Source: Craspedostauros australis (Eukaryota). From it: DNA of 64,000 bases. How positions within the stretch are numbered: the stretch's first letter is position 1; each line of letters starts with the position of its first letter. Below are positions 1 to 13,219 of the stretch, in pieces. A program made the translations under genes and the position numbers. The stretch is taken from the NCBI GenBank assembly GCA_030167865.1, contig JALAGF010005593.1:1-64000 (forward strand), read 5' to 3'. The notes beneath the pieces are model-generated. The model ran no database searches and was not told the origin of the DNA. It saw only the letters and a program-made list of their open reading frames with translations.

Positions 1-738
1 CCCCCCCCCCCCCAGAAGACGGAAAAAGGAACTTGGTCCGTCGCGGGCACTTCACGCGCGTGAAATTGTTCGTCGGTTGTTGAGGATGGAGCGAACGGTC
101 TGCCCATCTGTCCGTTGACACCCAACGACATCACTTGATTGCGGAACATCATTGACATTTCTTGTGTTCTTCGAAGAAATTCGATTCCTTTGATGTTCGA
201 CCACCGTGACCACATAGATTCCAATCAGTCGAATATCTGAGTTCGCGCTATTTTTCGGACGGTTGGAAGTTTGCGCCAAGACAGTCGGATGGTGTTGACA
301 AATTGCATCACGCACGATGGACGCGATTCGAGAATGGAAGGAGGAACGAGGTTCGCTACGCAAGAGCAGAACGCATTGCGCGAAGGCGCACTCGTATTGG
401 CGTGTGATACCACACACTTGGAACAAGAGACAGGAGAGGGATGAGGTGAAACATCGCATCATTCCATTGCCATTTGGCTGATTCGCACCGAAACAAGAAG
501 GAGAAGAAGGCAACACGAAGTGGGAGCAGGAAGCAGGTGCGAAGAGAGGAGGAGACAACAAGGAAAGCGCAACCAACGCAACCAACGCAAACAAGTGCAA
601 AGAAGCGCAAACCAGAGGTGGAAGCCGAAGCAGGACGTTGGCAACGGCGCCCACCGAAGCAAGAAGAGAGCAACAAGGTGTCGCAACCAAGCATCGAAGC
701 AAGTATCCAACCAAGCACACAAAATATCAACACAGAAG

Positions 739-3700
739 ATGGCAAGGACAAGATCCTCGCTGCAAGGCAAGGCGAAGGATGGTGCGACGGTCGTGAACGG
801 CGACGGTGACAGTGACGTTGACGCACCTGATGGCGTTGACAAGGAGCAAGACGGCAGCGGCAAGGTATCGACAGGCACGAGACGGAGGTCTGGAAGAATC
901 AGGGGAGTAGCTTCAGCGACGCAACAGGAAACCAAGAAGAAGGACAAGGATCACACCAACACCAAGAAAGGACGCGGCAAGCGTCGTTCCTCAAGCAGAT
1001 TGGCAAAGGAGTCCGCGAAATCGAATGCAAGTAGCCAAGACGATCAAGATGACAGCCAAGACGGACATGACGGCAGCGCAACGACCGCAGACCAAGAACG
1101 TCACGACCAGAATCAGCCTCAGACTGAAACCAATGCCAACGAAGACAGTGACAATGAAGCCAAGAGCAAGGGCAATAGTGATGGCGATGGCGATGAGGGT
1201 GACGATACAGTCACATCCGACTTGCCCGTCCGCAGAGACACGAGACGCGCCCTCTCCATGCCAGGATCATCTTCGTTGGCCTCATCAATCGTCACCACCG
1301 CTACCAACCCGATAAATGCGCAACCACAGCACCAACCACCGCAGCAAGACAGACCTGCGATCACAGATCCTCGTCTGGTTCTTTCGAGACGTTTCCTGGA
1401 TGAAGACAAGACCGCCGTGAGTTCTTCATTACTCTACTCCATGCATGCTTGCGTCGAAGGTTCCTTCATTTCATTTTTGACGGGTGGGGCGTTGCTCATT
1501 CCGACATGCGTCGTTGCTCACAGCAGTGGTACTTCATTCGTACCAGTATGTGCTTGTCCGTATTATATTTTCTAACTTCGTCCTTGTGTAATTCATCAAC
1601 TTTCTTGTATCGTGCTCCTGACCTCCCGTCGTATCACATGCCATCATGCCATGTCATGTCCTTCGGATGACCCCGTTGAACACTAAAAAATACACACAGA
1701 GTGGCCTGGCGAGACGGTTGGACTACATTGTTGCGGTGGTGCAAGATATAGAATCTGGCGTCAACCTCAACGATCTGTACCCCAGCATCAACGGTCTTTG
1801 CCATGCGCTCATCAAGCATTTGTCGCATCCAGACAAGCAAGTCAGATTGAACACGGTCCTTGCCTGTATGGAACTCATCAGTGTGGTACGTCGCGTTCGA
1901 TCCAATCCAGTTCATTCCAAGATGTCTGCTCTCGCTTTGCCGCATGCCGCATAGTATTGATGCTCACACTCTGCAATCCATCCTCTCTCTCCTCTGCCAA
2001 TAATGAGCTCAACCTCACTACACTCTCCATCATTCTCCGCACTACTCGTACTTGCGTCTTGTTCGCAATCATCATCATCATTGCCATACGGCTCAAATCA
2101 ACAGTACGCACCTTTTTCACCGTGGGACAAGCAAGAAACTCTAGCGATCGTAAGTCAAACGTGAACTCCATCACCCCCCACAGCATACCCTCGCCAATCA
2201 TCCGCCCATGCACCGATCCGTCCATCTGCGCATGTACTCTAACCTCGCATCCTCCAATTCACTTGCCGTACACACAACCCCAATCACATCATACCACTAC
2301 CACCACATGCCACACCCCTCCAACTCAATCTGCAGTTCCGACAAACCATCCGCCAGCTCGCGAATCTGTCAGTGCAAAAACAGCTGCGCCAACCATCCAA
2401 CTTCGAACGGTACCTTTGCATCTTGGAGCTGCTCGCGAAGGTAAAGATCGGCGCCATCGTCGTTGAAATCGCCGAGGGTGCCGGTGACGACCTTCTCGAT
2501 GATATGAGCTCCCATGGCAGCGATGACGATAATGATGACGACGACGACAACAACGACAACGACACAGTCAATGAGAAAGGCACCGCCACCATCAGTCGCA
2601 ACAACAGAAGCACCAGAAAGAAAACTTCCGGCAAGACGAGCGAAAGACACACCTCGTTGGCCGACGAAGCCTTGCAGATCCTTTGCGACTTGGTCCACAC
2701 AATGCTGCATGCCGTGCAGCTCGACCATCCTGCCAACGTTTCCATCTACATCCAGGAGGCCATCTGCGCATGCGTGAAGGAGTACCACGAGGGAGTGCTG
2801 CTGCCAATCCCTTTGCTCGACGAGCTGCTCCTGTGCATCGGGCAAGGTCCCGAAGTTCTCGTCCTCAATCCCAAGCTCCAAATCGCCGATCATCACGAAC
2901 CCAAGGCGAAACCTGGCGAAGGTCAGGGACAAGCGCAATCACGGCAGCTCCAGCTTGCGCAGATCAAAAAGCTGGTCCCGCGCGCAAATCCATCTTACTT
3001 GGTTGCAGCCATGGTGCTGCGCAAATCCATGGACCGCCTGTCGGAACCAATCGCAGCACTCATCAACGGCCTGCTGAACGGCGACGATCACGTCGTGGCG
3101 AAATCCAAAATCACGACAGAATCGCTGCACGCAATCGGAGTGGCACGCTCCGAAGACCGGTCCGCCGTGTCTGATATCTGGGGAGTCATCTACGAGCTGC
3201 GCCGTGTCGCGCCAAGCATGCTCACAACCGTCATGGGCAACATCACTAGCAAGCTGCCAGATCCGATCCTGAAACGTCGGCTTCTGATCACGAAGCTCTT
3301 AGGCAAGCTATTCCTCATGCCACCGCAGCAGGGGTCATCAGTGTCTTTCGTCGAACAGTTCCGTCCTTGCTATCGCGATTGGTTGCGCCGAGCGAAAGAC
3401 AAGGAGGTAGAAATACGCTTGACGATGGTCCGATATGTGATCAACATGGTGCACCAAAGTACCATGAGCACACACGCATCGGTTGCCGAACGATCGCAGA
3501 TCCGCAAGGAAGGCCAACTTGAGGCCGGCCACGTTGCGAGGCCAACCATGATGACTCAAGATGAAGATGTGGGGACGCAGGAAAATGATGGGACAAAGGG
3601 CAAGGGTGCTATCGACGGTGGCGAAGCCGAAGATGTGGACGTAGAGGAGTCCCGTGAGGGGCAGGGTCAACTCCAAGTGGCGGATGTGGAGATGGACATT

Positions 3701-6700
3701 GACATTGACATCCAAGAGCTGTCGATTGAGACCATCACGAAGTCCTTCCTGGTGGATACTGATGCAGACGTGCGCATGCAAACCGTCCTCATGATTTGCG
3801 ACCTGTTTCACAGCAACCCCAACGCTCTGCCAACGCAGGTATTGCAGGCGACGGCGAATCGTGTCATGTCGAAGCACAAGGAGGAGCGCCGCAGGACGCT
3901 GACGGGGCTGGGGAATCTGTACCTGCGCCACTTTATCCGTCCCAATTTGAGGGAGGTGGAGAAGCATGGTGACGACTGCGACATTGGTCACATCTCCGAC
4001 GCCATCCATCACTGCATCTACGAGTACGATCAGCCGCTGGTGGAACGCTTCCGTTGGATCCCGTCCAAGGTGTTTGAATGCGCCTTCTACAGCGACGCGG
4101 TCGATTCCGCCATGCACAGTCGTGTTTACAGAGTCGTCGATGAGATGCTGCTGGGCAGCGATGCGCCGAAGTCAACAACCCGCATGTCAGCGACAACGAG
4201 AGCAACTGGATTGGCCATGATCGTGGCATCCATCCAACCCGATATCAAATCGATCCTCACCGGCGACGATCAACCCACGTTGCCATGTCGCTGGATGCTG
4301 CACTTGTTCCAAACGCGTTCCAAGCTGCAGAAGATGGTGCGCCGGTACGTCGAGACACGTCGGCGCATGGGAGACCTGCCCATCAATTCTGAGGAGCGCA
4401 TGGTAGCGAGCACCGAAGCGATGGAAGCGTTGGAAAGTGTGGCGAAGCTCACGGCTGCACCAGGAGGCGGCATCCCGGATGGCAAGCAACAGCATCCCGT
4501 GTTGGAGGCCTTTCATGGTGCAAAAGATCGCAAGATCGTCCAACTCCTTTCCGCCATCGCCACTCCACTTCACACTGTGGAGGATGGTGTGAAGGTCATA
4601 AGTGAACTCCCGCAGCGGCTCAAGAGCCAAGGCAATGCTGTTGCTACGTGGGCAGAAACATTGGCCCGTCGGTGCGCCATGAGCAGCTTCATGAACGCGC
4701 AGATGGTGTACCATTGCGTGCTGCTGGCGCTGGAGGCATGCCGCGAGGAGGACAGCGTGCTGTGTGGTCTGTTCCTGGCATGCGTCAAAGTTGCAGTCAC
4801 GCATTTCCCGGAGCTTTGCGCCACAAAGCAATGCTTCAAGACCATCGTTGAGCTGTTCTGCGAGGCAAGGTCTGCGGAAACAGAGCAGTTCAAGAAGGAC
4901 ATGGACTATGCCGGCATCATCACCTGCCTTAGTTCCATTCTGGCGCAGGCGGCTCCTGCAAGGCGAACACTGGTAAGTCCTGTCTCTCTCTCTCTCTTTC
5001 GAGTCCGTTGATGTTCGTTTACTGCGTGTACCATGCTCTCCTCGTCGTGCCACTCGCACGCATGCAGCCTCTGTCTCAACAGATATCAATCTACTTTATT
5101 CAATTTGTGGACGAATCCACTTGCACCGACTCATCACTCCACTAACATCTCTTCTTGACACTCTTCGTTTTGTAACATGTGATTATCCCCGCGCATGTGC
5201 ACAACAACAACACTTGCAGCAACAGCAACAGCAAAACAAACCAGGCAATGCCAAGAGTTACGCAACTCAGATTCTGGATGCGGATGTTGAAGAGCAGCTG
5301 CTTGAGTTGTGCACCAGGGATGGAACTCCGTACCAGGCACGGCATGCGGTCAGCACCATGGCAGCATTGATCAATCCAGAATCGAGCAGTCTGACACAGG
5401 CGCAGCACGATGCTTTCTTGCCGTTGCTGACCGAGCTCGCGTCTCCTGCCAAACTCAACTGCGATCACGATCATGACAATAGCAGCAACACCGCCAAATC
5501 ATCTCAATCAGCCAAACTCATCAGCGTGCTGGCATCTCTCGCGGAACTTGCCACGTGCGCATCATCTGTATTTTCTGAACCGGAAGGACAGAGGGCGCTG
5601 TCATTTGCGATCAACCTGGTGAAGAGCGGAGGTCGAAACGGCGACTCTGCACAAGCCAACCATTATACCACTCATCAAGGCACTGACTTGATGGATGTGG
5701 AGAGCAAGCATAGTTCTGGCGACGTGGACAAAGCAGACGCTGGGGGAGTCGGCAACAAAAAGGGTGGTAATGAAGGCGGCATCGACGCGGATGAGAAAGA
5801 GGAGGGGCACAATTCGGAAAACGAGAGCCGACGCAGCAGAACAAGCCCGTCGCGCAAGCGCCGTTCCAAACAAACAACGAAGACCAAGACCAAAACGAAG
5901 GGCAGAAGCTCCACAAGCAGCCGTCTATCATCAACGCCGAATGCGTACACCCATATTCACATGCTGGAGGATACGACGCTGTCCATTCCATGCCGTGTCG
6001 TGTGCGCTGCCATCGAATTCCTCGTGTGTTACATTAGCTCATTCATGCGATCAGGGTCGACAGCGTGCGCATTGGCGTCGAAGCATGGCACGGATGATGA
6101 GGCTGACGAGAACGACAACAACCGCCACACCGACGCCAACACCAACGCTGCGAATCAAACTGGGAAATCTGATCCAGCCAAGACCAGGCGGGCGGTTGCG
6201 CAGCCACCGAGTATCACCAATGACGTCTTCCAGATGCTCTCCGATATCATGAGGGACGAAGGATGTGTGTCGTCATCACAGCCGTCGCCACCATTGCCAG
6301 CTCAATCTGCAGCGACATCCCCACATCATCAACCTGGAGCAGCTCTCATTTCAAAACCTGGGGATCGTTCCGCGTTGAGAGAATGCGCCGCATTGAGCAT
6401 GATTCGGCTGTGCGATTCCTCCCTGTACTTGGAATCCAAATTCCTGACCATCGCCAGATGGCACACCCTGGCCGCGATGTTCCTTGATGATGATCGTGAC
6501 GTCCGCGCGAGAGTGATGGACGAATTGAGCATGATGCTCGCTGGGAGAGGCAGCTACGCCTGCGTTTCCGGCCCGCAGGTGGCGCCCAGTTTACGATTCC
6601 TGTCCTTGCTGGTGCTGTGCGTTGATGGTGATCACGGAACCCACCACGCTGCCAGCAATGGCGGTGCAGCGAACGTGGGTAGGAAGGTCCACGAACTCAA

Positions 6701-8918
6701 GGCTGATGCCACCACGTGCATCAAGCAGCTCCGGGTCCTGTTCAAGATGAGCTCCGTGCGGTACGAATCCATGGGGCCGAAGGCCATGAAACACTTCCAA
6801 GCGAAGCTCCAGAACAAGATCATGCCAGAGTACGCCATGCCCTATGCATTCCACCTGCTTGCGTACCGTGCGGAGACGCCGTACGCGGGTGCCGCGGCGC
6901 TGTCCAAGTCCACAGGCCTGACTCAGGCATCGCAATCGGATGCGATGATCGCGATGGACGAAGGTCAACATCGCACGTTGCGGAAGCGGCTCAGGATGAT
7001 ATTGGATCCACTGATCGAGAGTCTGGGTGACAGCGCTGACAACCTCTCCTTCCTCATGCGCCTGACGGAGCTCACTGCGAAGCATTTCTCACCATCGTTT
7101 GGCGACCAGCCGCCCATGATGGTGGAGATTGCGGCCCAACATGCATCTCCAAACCATGGGAATGCCAGTCCTTCCGGACAAAAGAATCGCAGCCTGAGCA
7201 GAGCCGACGTGAACGACGCCAAGGACGTCGCAAATGCACGGCTCAAGATCGTCTGTGCTGCTGCGCGTGAGGTCTTGCTGTCGCATGTGAAGATGGACGG
7301 GAACTTCGTCGATCATCCCGGTCGCATCGTGTTCCCTCCAACATACTTCAGCATCAACTCTGAATACAGACTCCGTCGCAAGCGTCGGTTGGAGACGCTG
7401 AAGGATGGCGAGGGGCGACGACAGTCCGAGGAGAAGTTGGAACGAAAGCGCCGTCGAAGCGAGAGGAAGAGCAGGGAGAAAAATCGCCAAACAGATGATG
7501 CGGGTCGGACTGCAGACGCGAGTACCAATGTTGGTGGTGATGTTGCGGGAGTGGAGAGTGGCAAGGATCAACGTGGTGAACAACGGCCACAGAGCAGCTC
7601 CGAGGTCGACTCGCCGTCATTTCAGGATCCATCCACGCCAACTAGACGCAGGAGTGGTACTTCACACAGTGATGGCCAGACTCACCAAAACGCGCTTCTT
7701 TCCCAGTCAACAGGCAATGAAGACGTTGCGTCCGAGATACCGATCCCTCCACCGGATTCGCCAACAGTCGATAATGTGCATGCTGATACTCTTGCTGATG
7801 CTGATGCCAGCATGGGTGGTCTCGGCGACTTGGGTGATGATGAAGCCGAAGCTGGATCGAACGTAACGGGAGGGGCGGAGATCGACGATGCGTTGATGGA
7901 TATGTCACCGATTGCGAAGGTTCGATCACCACTTTCACGAAATGCCAATTCTGATGGAAATGCTAGCGTTCCAACGCGAGGGGCCACTCCACCCTCGTAC
8001 ATGAATGGTATGGCGATGTCGTCAGGTGCGAGTAGAGCATCAACTGCCGGGCCTCACGTGGCACGAAGCCAATCACAAACGCAGACACAAACACAGCGTG
8101 ATGCTGCAAGTGACAGCCAAACCCAGACACAAGTTTTCACCCAGTCGCAGACACAACCTAACAACAACAACAACAACAAGAGGGGGGCTGATGGTCTCAC
8201 AAAACCAGCTGAGAATGGACATCAAGGCAACAACCGCAAGGCTAATGCTCGGGCGATTGAAAATGGCAAGGCACCGACGAATTTCACCACATCCCAACAA
8301 AATGGCAGGAACGCCAACAACAGAGATCGGAACACTGATGTGGCTGTCACCAATGGCGACCAATCCCGACGTGAAGATCAGCAGAAGCGTGCGTCGGGCA
8401 GCAGCGGAAGACGTGCAAGAGCGCAGCCGTCCACTCCTACTCGTGGCACAGCAACATCTCCCCAACGATCTCCATCAAGGCCGAAAGATCGATCGTCGAG
8501 GAAGCGAAGCCACGACAGGCCCATCCCCACCATTATCCAGATCACGCGAGAAAAGCTGTCGACCGATGCGGATGACAAGGAGAAGCTTGGCAAGAACAGA
8601 CACCGGAACCAGAGCGATGATGTCATTCCGACCACCCTGTCCATCAAACGAACGCTGCGCCCGAGACGCCAGCGTCAGGTGAAGGCGTCACAGGAGAGTT
8701 CTTCGTCAGTCCCCACGCTCTTGGATGACAGCAGAGTGGATGGAGGCTCGAAACGGAGGAGCGGAAAACAATCCAGTGGCATGGGTGCGAACTACGAAGA
8801 CGGCAACGATGATGACAACATGTCATTTGACGTTGGCGAATCCAAGGAGCCAAAACGAAGGAGGACGAATCCGAGACGCAAATCCACCAAACGAACCCCA
8901 ACCAGACGGCGGAGCTGA
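739..8918 (+). CDS. PDS5: Sister chromatid cohesion protein PDS5 (HEAT repeat), 5 exons: 739-1416, 1700-1885, 2105-2149, 2336-4972, ~5220-8918
   Basis: Hand splicing at GT-AG sites joins in frame and gives PDS5 N-terminal motifs HLSHPDKQVRLNTVLACMELISV|YAPFSPWDKQETLAI|FRQTIRQLANL...FERYLCILELLAKVK, then WLRRAKDKEVEIR, HKEERRRTLTGLGNLY, RWIPSKVF, GTPYQARHAV and MPEYAMPYAFHLLA, with long disordered N- and C-termini. Start ATG and last acceptor are best guesses. Confidence 0.9.
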
Positions 8919-9247
8919 GGCAGCTAATACTTCCCCACACGACGTTCAGAGAGCGTTACCCCAAGAGATGGTGCCTTTCGGTCCCTATACGATGCTCTGT
9001 TGCGACACAATACAAATCAGCGCCACCTCGACCACCAGCATGCAAACACGAGTACCACACGAATGAGGAGGGTGCCGCGATTATAACCATACCTCAATAA
9101 GTCCCCAGATAGAATGAACAGATTAGTTTTACAAAACTTGCCCTACTCGACTCGCAGAGCAGGTTACTATGCTTGGCCCCGCAAGTTATCAATAGAGACT
9201 GAGCTGTTGTGAGCTACTACTTTACCCCGCTGCACTCGACTTTCTTA

Positions 9248-10741
9248 TCATCCATCCAACTGGAGCGTCCAATCGTAGTCCTTCCAGCTATCTAGGAATG
9301 CCGAAATATCCTTGCGCTCCTGGGACTTGTCGAAGCGTCGCTTGCGGCTGAATCGCACGGGGTCCAGCTCGAGCATGCTGGCGAGGGTGTCCAATCCAAA
9401 ATCGTGCCGGAAGGACGACGATTCGATGATTTGCGCGTAGCCCGTGTTAGCGGAGGTCTGCACGGATCCCCACTCGATGTAGAAGTAGGGGAAGTTCTTG
9501 GGCACGACCGCGATGAGCGGTTTGGTGGGGGTCGTGGACAAGATCTTGTTATGCGTGCCCCAGTCCTCCGTCTGATCCAGCATGGCGGATTTGAAGAAGA
9601 TGGGCGCATCCTGCAGGACGTTGTTGGGGACTGGGATGACCTCCAGCTTGGTCTGCCAAAGGCCCTTCTTGTTGGGCATCACGGTCTCCATGAAGACGAT
9701 GCCTTTGTCATCCTTGGCGAACATGCGCTTGAGGCTGCTGAGGAAGCGACGCACTTCGTCCCACACGCTGGAATCGCACGTCGTGAAAGACTCGGCATAC
9801 TTGACAGGCACGAGGTAGAAGTGATTGCCAGGCTCCAGCGATGCGTTGGGCGGCGCGATGACCAAGGCCACGTAATCGCCCAGCGCGATGAGACGATGCT
9901 TCGCGAAGCTTGAGGATTCCATCCACCACGAGCACTTGTCGGTGACCTTCTCCTGCTTGTTGTATTGCGCCAGAGCTCTGTGTTCCTCTCGCTGCTTCGC
10001 TCTGGTCTCATCGCGCAGCTGACGCGCTGTCGGTGGTCTGTCGGATGACGCCCCCGACTTCTTGCGTGCGACTTCGCCAGGCAGCAATTTTTGCAACCGC
10101 TTGACCTCGTCGTCGCTGTCATCGTTCTTGCCGATCTTGCGACGGCGCTTGCGTCCAACGCGGACCAGATTGCGCATCATCTGCTCGTCCAACGACATGC
10201 CCTGTTCCGTCTGCCGACGCTCCTGTGCCGCCAGTTCCGCCGCGGTCATGTCCTCCTCCTTCTTGTTGCTGTTCGATCCGAGATGGAAAATGACCGGGCC
10301 TTGCTCGTCTTCGTCATCGCTGCCGTCATCCTCGCCTTTGGATCTCTTGCTCTTCGCAGCCAGGACCCGATCGATGCGGCCTCTGCTCTCCAGATGATCC
10401 ACCGCATCTCCCCCATCATCCGTGCGGCGGGACTTCTTGCTGCGCTTGCTGCCATCGCGGTGGCGGCTTTTTCCAAATTGGCTCTTGGACGCAGCCGGTG
10501 CGGACAGGGCCGTCATGTCACCCGACAACAGGCTTTGTCGCAGCTGATCTGCGATGGAGGCGTTGTATGACCCTTTGCTCGACGGAGCAGACGGAGCAGA
10601 TCGTGAATCAGATGCACCTGATGCGGCGGCAGGCGATTGCACCGACTTTGCGGTTGTCACATTGTCAGCATCGGATGGCCGCTCCGCTTTTGACTTAGAC
10701 TTCGACTTTTTCTTTTTGCCTCTTTTTATTCCTGACAACAT
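9248..10741 (-). CDS. CWF19L2: CWF19-like protein 2 (CwfJ C-terminal domains, spliceosome associated)
   Basis: Single ORF; C-terminal CwfJ motifs KCSWW, HRLIALG, GNHFYLVP, VWDEVRRFLSSLKRMF, VFMET, DAPIFFKSAM, WGTHNK, VPKNFPYFYIEW, GYAQIIE, WKDYDWT; basic low-complexity N-terminus. Confidence 0.9.
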   Translation of the reverse strand: MLSGIKRGKKKKSKSKSKAERPSDADNVTTAKSVQSPAAASGASDSRSAPSAPSSKGSYNASIADQLRQSLLSGDMTALSAPAASKSQFGKSRHRDGSKRSKKSRRTDDGGDAVDHLESRGRIDRVLAAKSKRSKGEDDGSDDEDEQGPVIFHLGSNSNKKEEDMTAAELAAQERRQTEQGMSLDEQMMRNLVRVGRKRRRKIGKNDDSDDEVKRLQKLLPGEVARKKSGASSDRPPTARQLRDETRAKQREEHRALAQYNKQEKVTDKCSWWMESSSFAKHRLIALGDYVALVIAPPNASLEPGNHFYLVPVKYAESFTTCDSSVWDEVRRFLSSLKRMFAKDDKGIVFMETVMPNKKGLWQTKLEVIPVPNNVLQDAPIFFKSAMLDQTEDWGTHNKILSTTPTKPLIAVVPKNFPYFYIEWGSVQTSANTGYAQIIESSSFRHDFGLDTLASMLELDPVRFSRKRRFDKSQERKDISAFLDSWKDYDWTLQLDG

Positions 10742-11287
10742 CCTGTTGTTGGTTAGTTCGGGTAGCGTAAGTTCGGTGTGCTGTATGATATGTCTGGCAC
10801 AGAGTAGCTGCAAGATTGTGGCATGCAACAGCGTGTATAATAGTCGTAATACGATGGATTGTGAGCTTCTTCTGTTGAGCGGCAGAACACATTGTCATCG
10901 TTTTCTGGTTTGCCATCACGGAAATGGCGCAACGCGCGTGGTTGGCGATGGTGGGCGGTATCAAACTGGCGAAGGACGGACGGACGGACGGGAATGGTGG
11001 AAACAACGTGAACTCTCCACGTAGACTTCATAGTAGTAGGTACATCGAGATTCTACAGAGACAGAGCGCAATCATTGTCTTTCATTCGATGTGATTAGAG
11101 TTAAATGATATTATAATACTTCCCAGAGAGTGCACTCGCTTGTGTTTCAGTGCAAGGATTGCAATAGTCGCATGTGTCCATCGAATATCGTTGATGCCAT
11201 TGCTCCTCTTCGTACGAGTGCTCATACGATGCACGATGCATCCCAGAATACATTGCACTCAACGTACAATACTCGTCGTCACATTTG

Positions 11288-12619
11288 TCAAATGGTGTTC
11301 GTGCCACTCGCGACGTGCACTTTCCAGATCTTATCCATGGCAAGGAGCCTTTGTGTCTTGGCATCTATCTGGCGCATGTAGGCGATGCGTTCTGGTCCAG
11401 GTGCGAACTTCATCGCATTTGTCATGAAGACTTGGCTTGCCTTGCGAGCTTCTTCCAGTTTCCTGTTCCGTTCCTGCGCTGGCATCGACGTCAGTTCGTC
11501 GATGATGGACTTTTGCAAGGTAACTGCTTCGCTGGCCAAACGAATCTGCTGCTTTCTGCTCGCGTCGTCCAGCGCCTGCTGCTGTTGTGGTGAAGCTAAC
11601 GACGGCGAAGATGACGCTGCTGATTGAATTCCTGCATCCGTCATTCGCTTGGTTGTCGGCGCCGCACCGCTTGCACCAGCTGCTGATGTCGGTCCGTCAC
11701 CGTTGCCACCACTGTTGCCACCAACCTCTGAAAAGTTGACGGACACAACCCGCGTCACGCCACCATCTGAAACATCCGAAAGACGGTTGTTGGTGATGTA
11801 GAGCGAGGCGCTGGCTACGACTGCGTTCATCTGCGCGATCAGCTCCGCAAACATGGACTTGACCTGCTCGTCGCTGGAGAACTCGTTGTTGCCGGATGTC
11901 TTCTTGTCGAAGAAGATGCGCATCAGCTCTGCAGTGACATGGGTCGGTTCGTAACCAACGGCTCTCGCCACCATGCACTGGATGCGTTCCAAACGATTCT
12001 GCGGCATCTTCTGAGCGGTCCACTCCTCCTTCAATTGGATGTCTTCGAAAATCCATTTGCCTGAATTCAGGAATTGCAGGGTTTCTGGTAGGTTGATAGC
12101 GGCTTGATTCAGTGCGATGAATTCGATGAGCTTGGACCGTTGGATGTGCTCCTGTGCTTCCAGGTGACGCTTGGGCTTGAGGGAGCGTTGAGCGTTTGGC
12201 TTGGGCGCTTCGACCCCGCTTTGTGACGTGCCTCTCTCCTTCTGCTGCTGCTGATCCTGTTGGTCATGATTGGATTCGATGTAGAGGACCAGGCGGACAA
12301 GGGCGAGCCTCGCGGCCTCGTCCATCTCCTCCATCGCCGTCAGCACCTGCCTGGAAACCGAGTCGTCGCCACGCAACGACGCCAACCGCTGCTGAACCTT
12401 AGCTTGGTCCATCTGCATCGAATTTGCTTCGTTGTAATCGTAGACCGCACGCGACAATGTGGACAGCTGCCTGTCCAGCAACCTCTGGCGACAATCCGCG
12501 ATGGACATCAGGCCGTCCTCGCACTGCACTGCGCAGTCCAGCTCCTTCAGCATCGTCGTCGCACAGCGGAAGAATAGCAGCAGAGCTTCATCGGGAATCG
12601 GTGCTTGGATTTGGGACAT
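11288..12619 (-). CDS. Hypothetical protein (443 aa, predicted helical)
   Basis: Long ATG-initiated ORF with protein-like composition; no family recognised. Confidence 0.75.
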   Translation of the reverse strand: MSQIQAPIPDEALLLFFRCATTMLKELDCAVQCEDGLMSIADCRQRLLDRQLSTLSRAVYDYNEANSMQMDQAKVQQRLASLRGDDSVSRQVLTAMEEMDEAARLALVRLVLYIESNHDQQDQQQQKERGTSQSGVEAPKPNAQRSLKPKRHLEAQEHIQRSKLIEFIALNQAAINLPETLQFLNSGKWIFEDIQLKEEWTAQKMPQNRLERIQCMVARAVGYEPTHVTAELMRIFFDKKTSGNNEFSSDEQVKSMFAELIAQMNAVVASASLYITNNRLSDVSDGGVTRVVSVNFSEVGGNSGGNGDGPTSAAGASGAAPTTKRMTDAGIQSAASSSPSLASPQQQQALDDASRKQQIRLASEAVTLQKSIIDELTSMPAQERNRKLEEARKASQVFMTNAMKFAPGPERIAYMRQIDAKTQRLLAMDKIWKVHVASGTNTI

Positions 12620-13219
12620 CGTGTGGCGTCAATGCAAGTGTGGGTAGCACCGCTATTGGCAGGGTGGAGTGGATTATTGTGAGGAGTATGAAAGGTGGCG
12701 GAGGCAAGCGCGAAAGTGCGGAGGTCGGGGGTTTGTGAACTGATCGTCGGCCAGAGACGCTTCGATCTTTGCCAAAAGAGCCTCCTCGCCACGGACACGG
12801 CGAAGAAAACGAGAAGCGAAAAACAGCAGTTTATTCGTGGATGCAGCGACGGTGAGTCTTGTTTGTTTGCGTTTTTCTCTTCGTTTTGACTCGTGCTTTT
12901 CCTAATTGCCCAATTAGAATCGGACGAGTCACAACCGATCATTCCGATGCCAAACGCAATCAACCAACAAAACACATCAACTTCAGCGATACAGCACAAC
13001 ACAACGCACACGAGTCCCTGAACAGAGCTGATGTCATCGACGCCAACTTCATCATCGCTTTCATCACCTCCACCATCACCACCATTATCACACACGGATG
13101 CCTCTGGACAAACACCAACACTCGTGAGGCATTCATTGCTGACAGCCAATAAACCAAAATAGAGTAGAGCACCGAAAGCAACGACTGCTCCAACAAATAC
13201 GCGGAGAACGGCAGACAGC

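Noticed and set aside
1..13. Poly-C at the window start as a telomere
   Set aside because: Plain homopolymer, not a telomeric repeat; likely a contig-edge or low-complexity tract.
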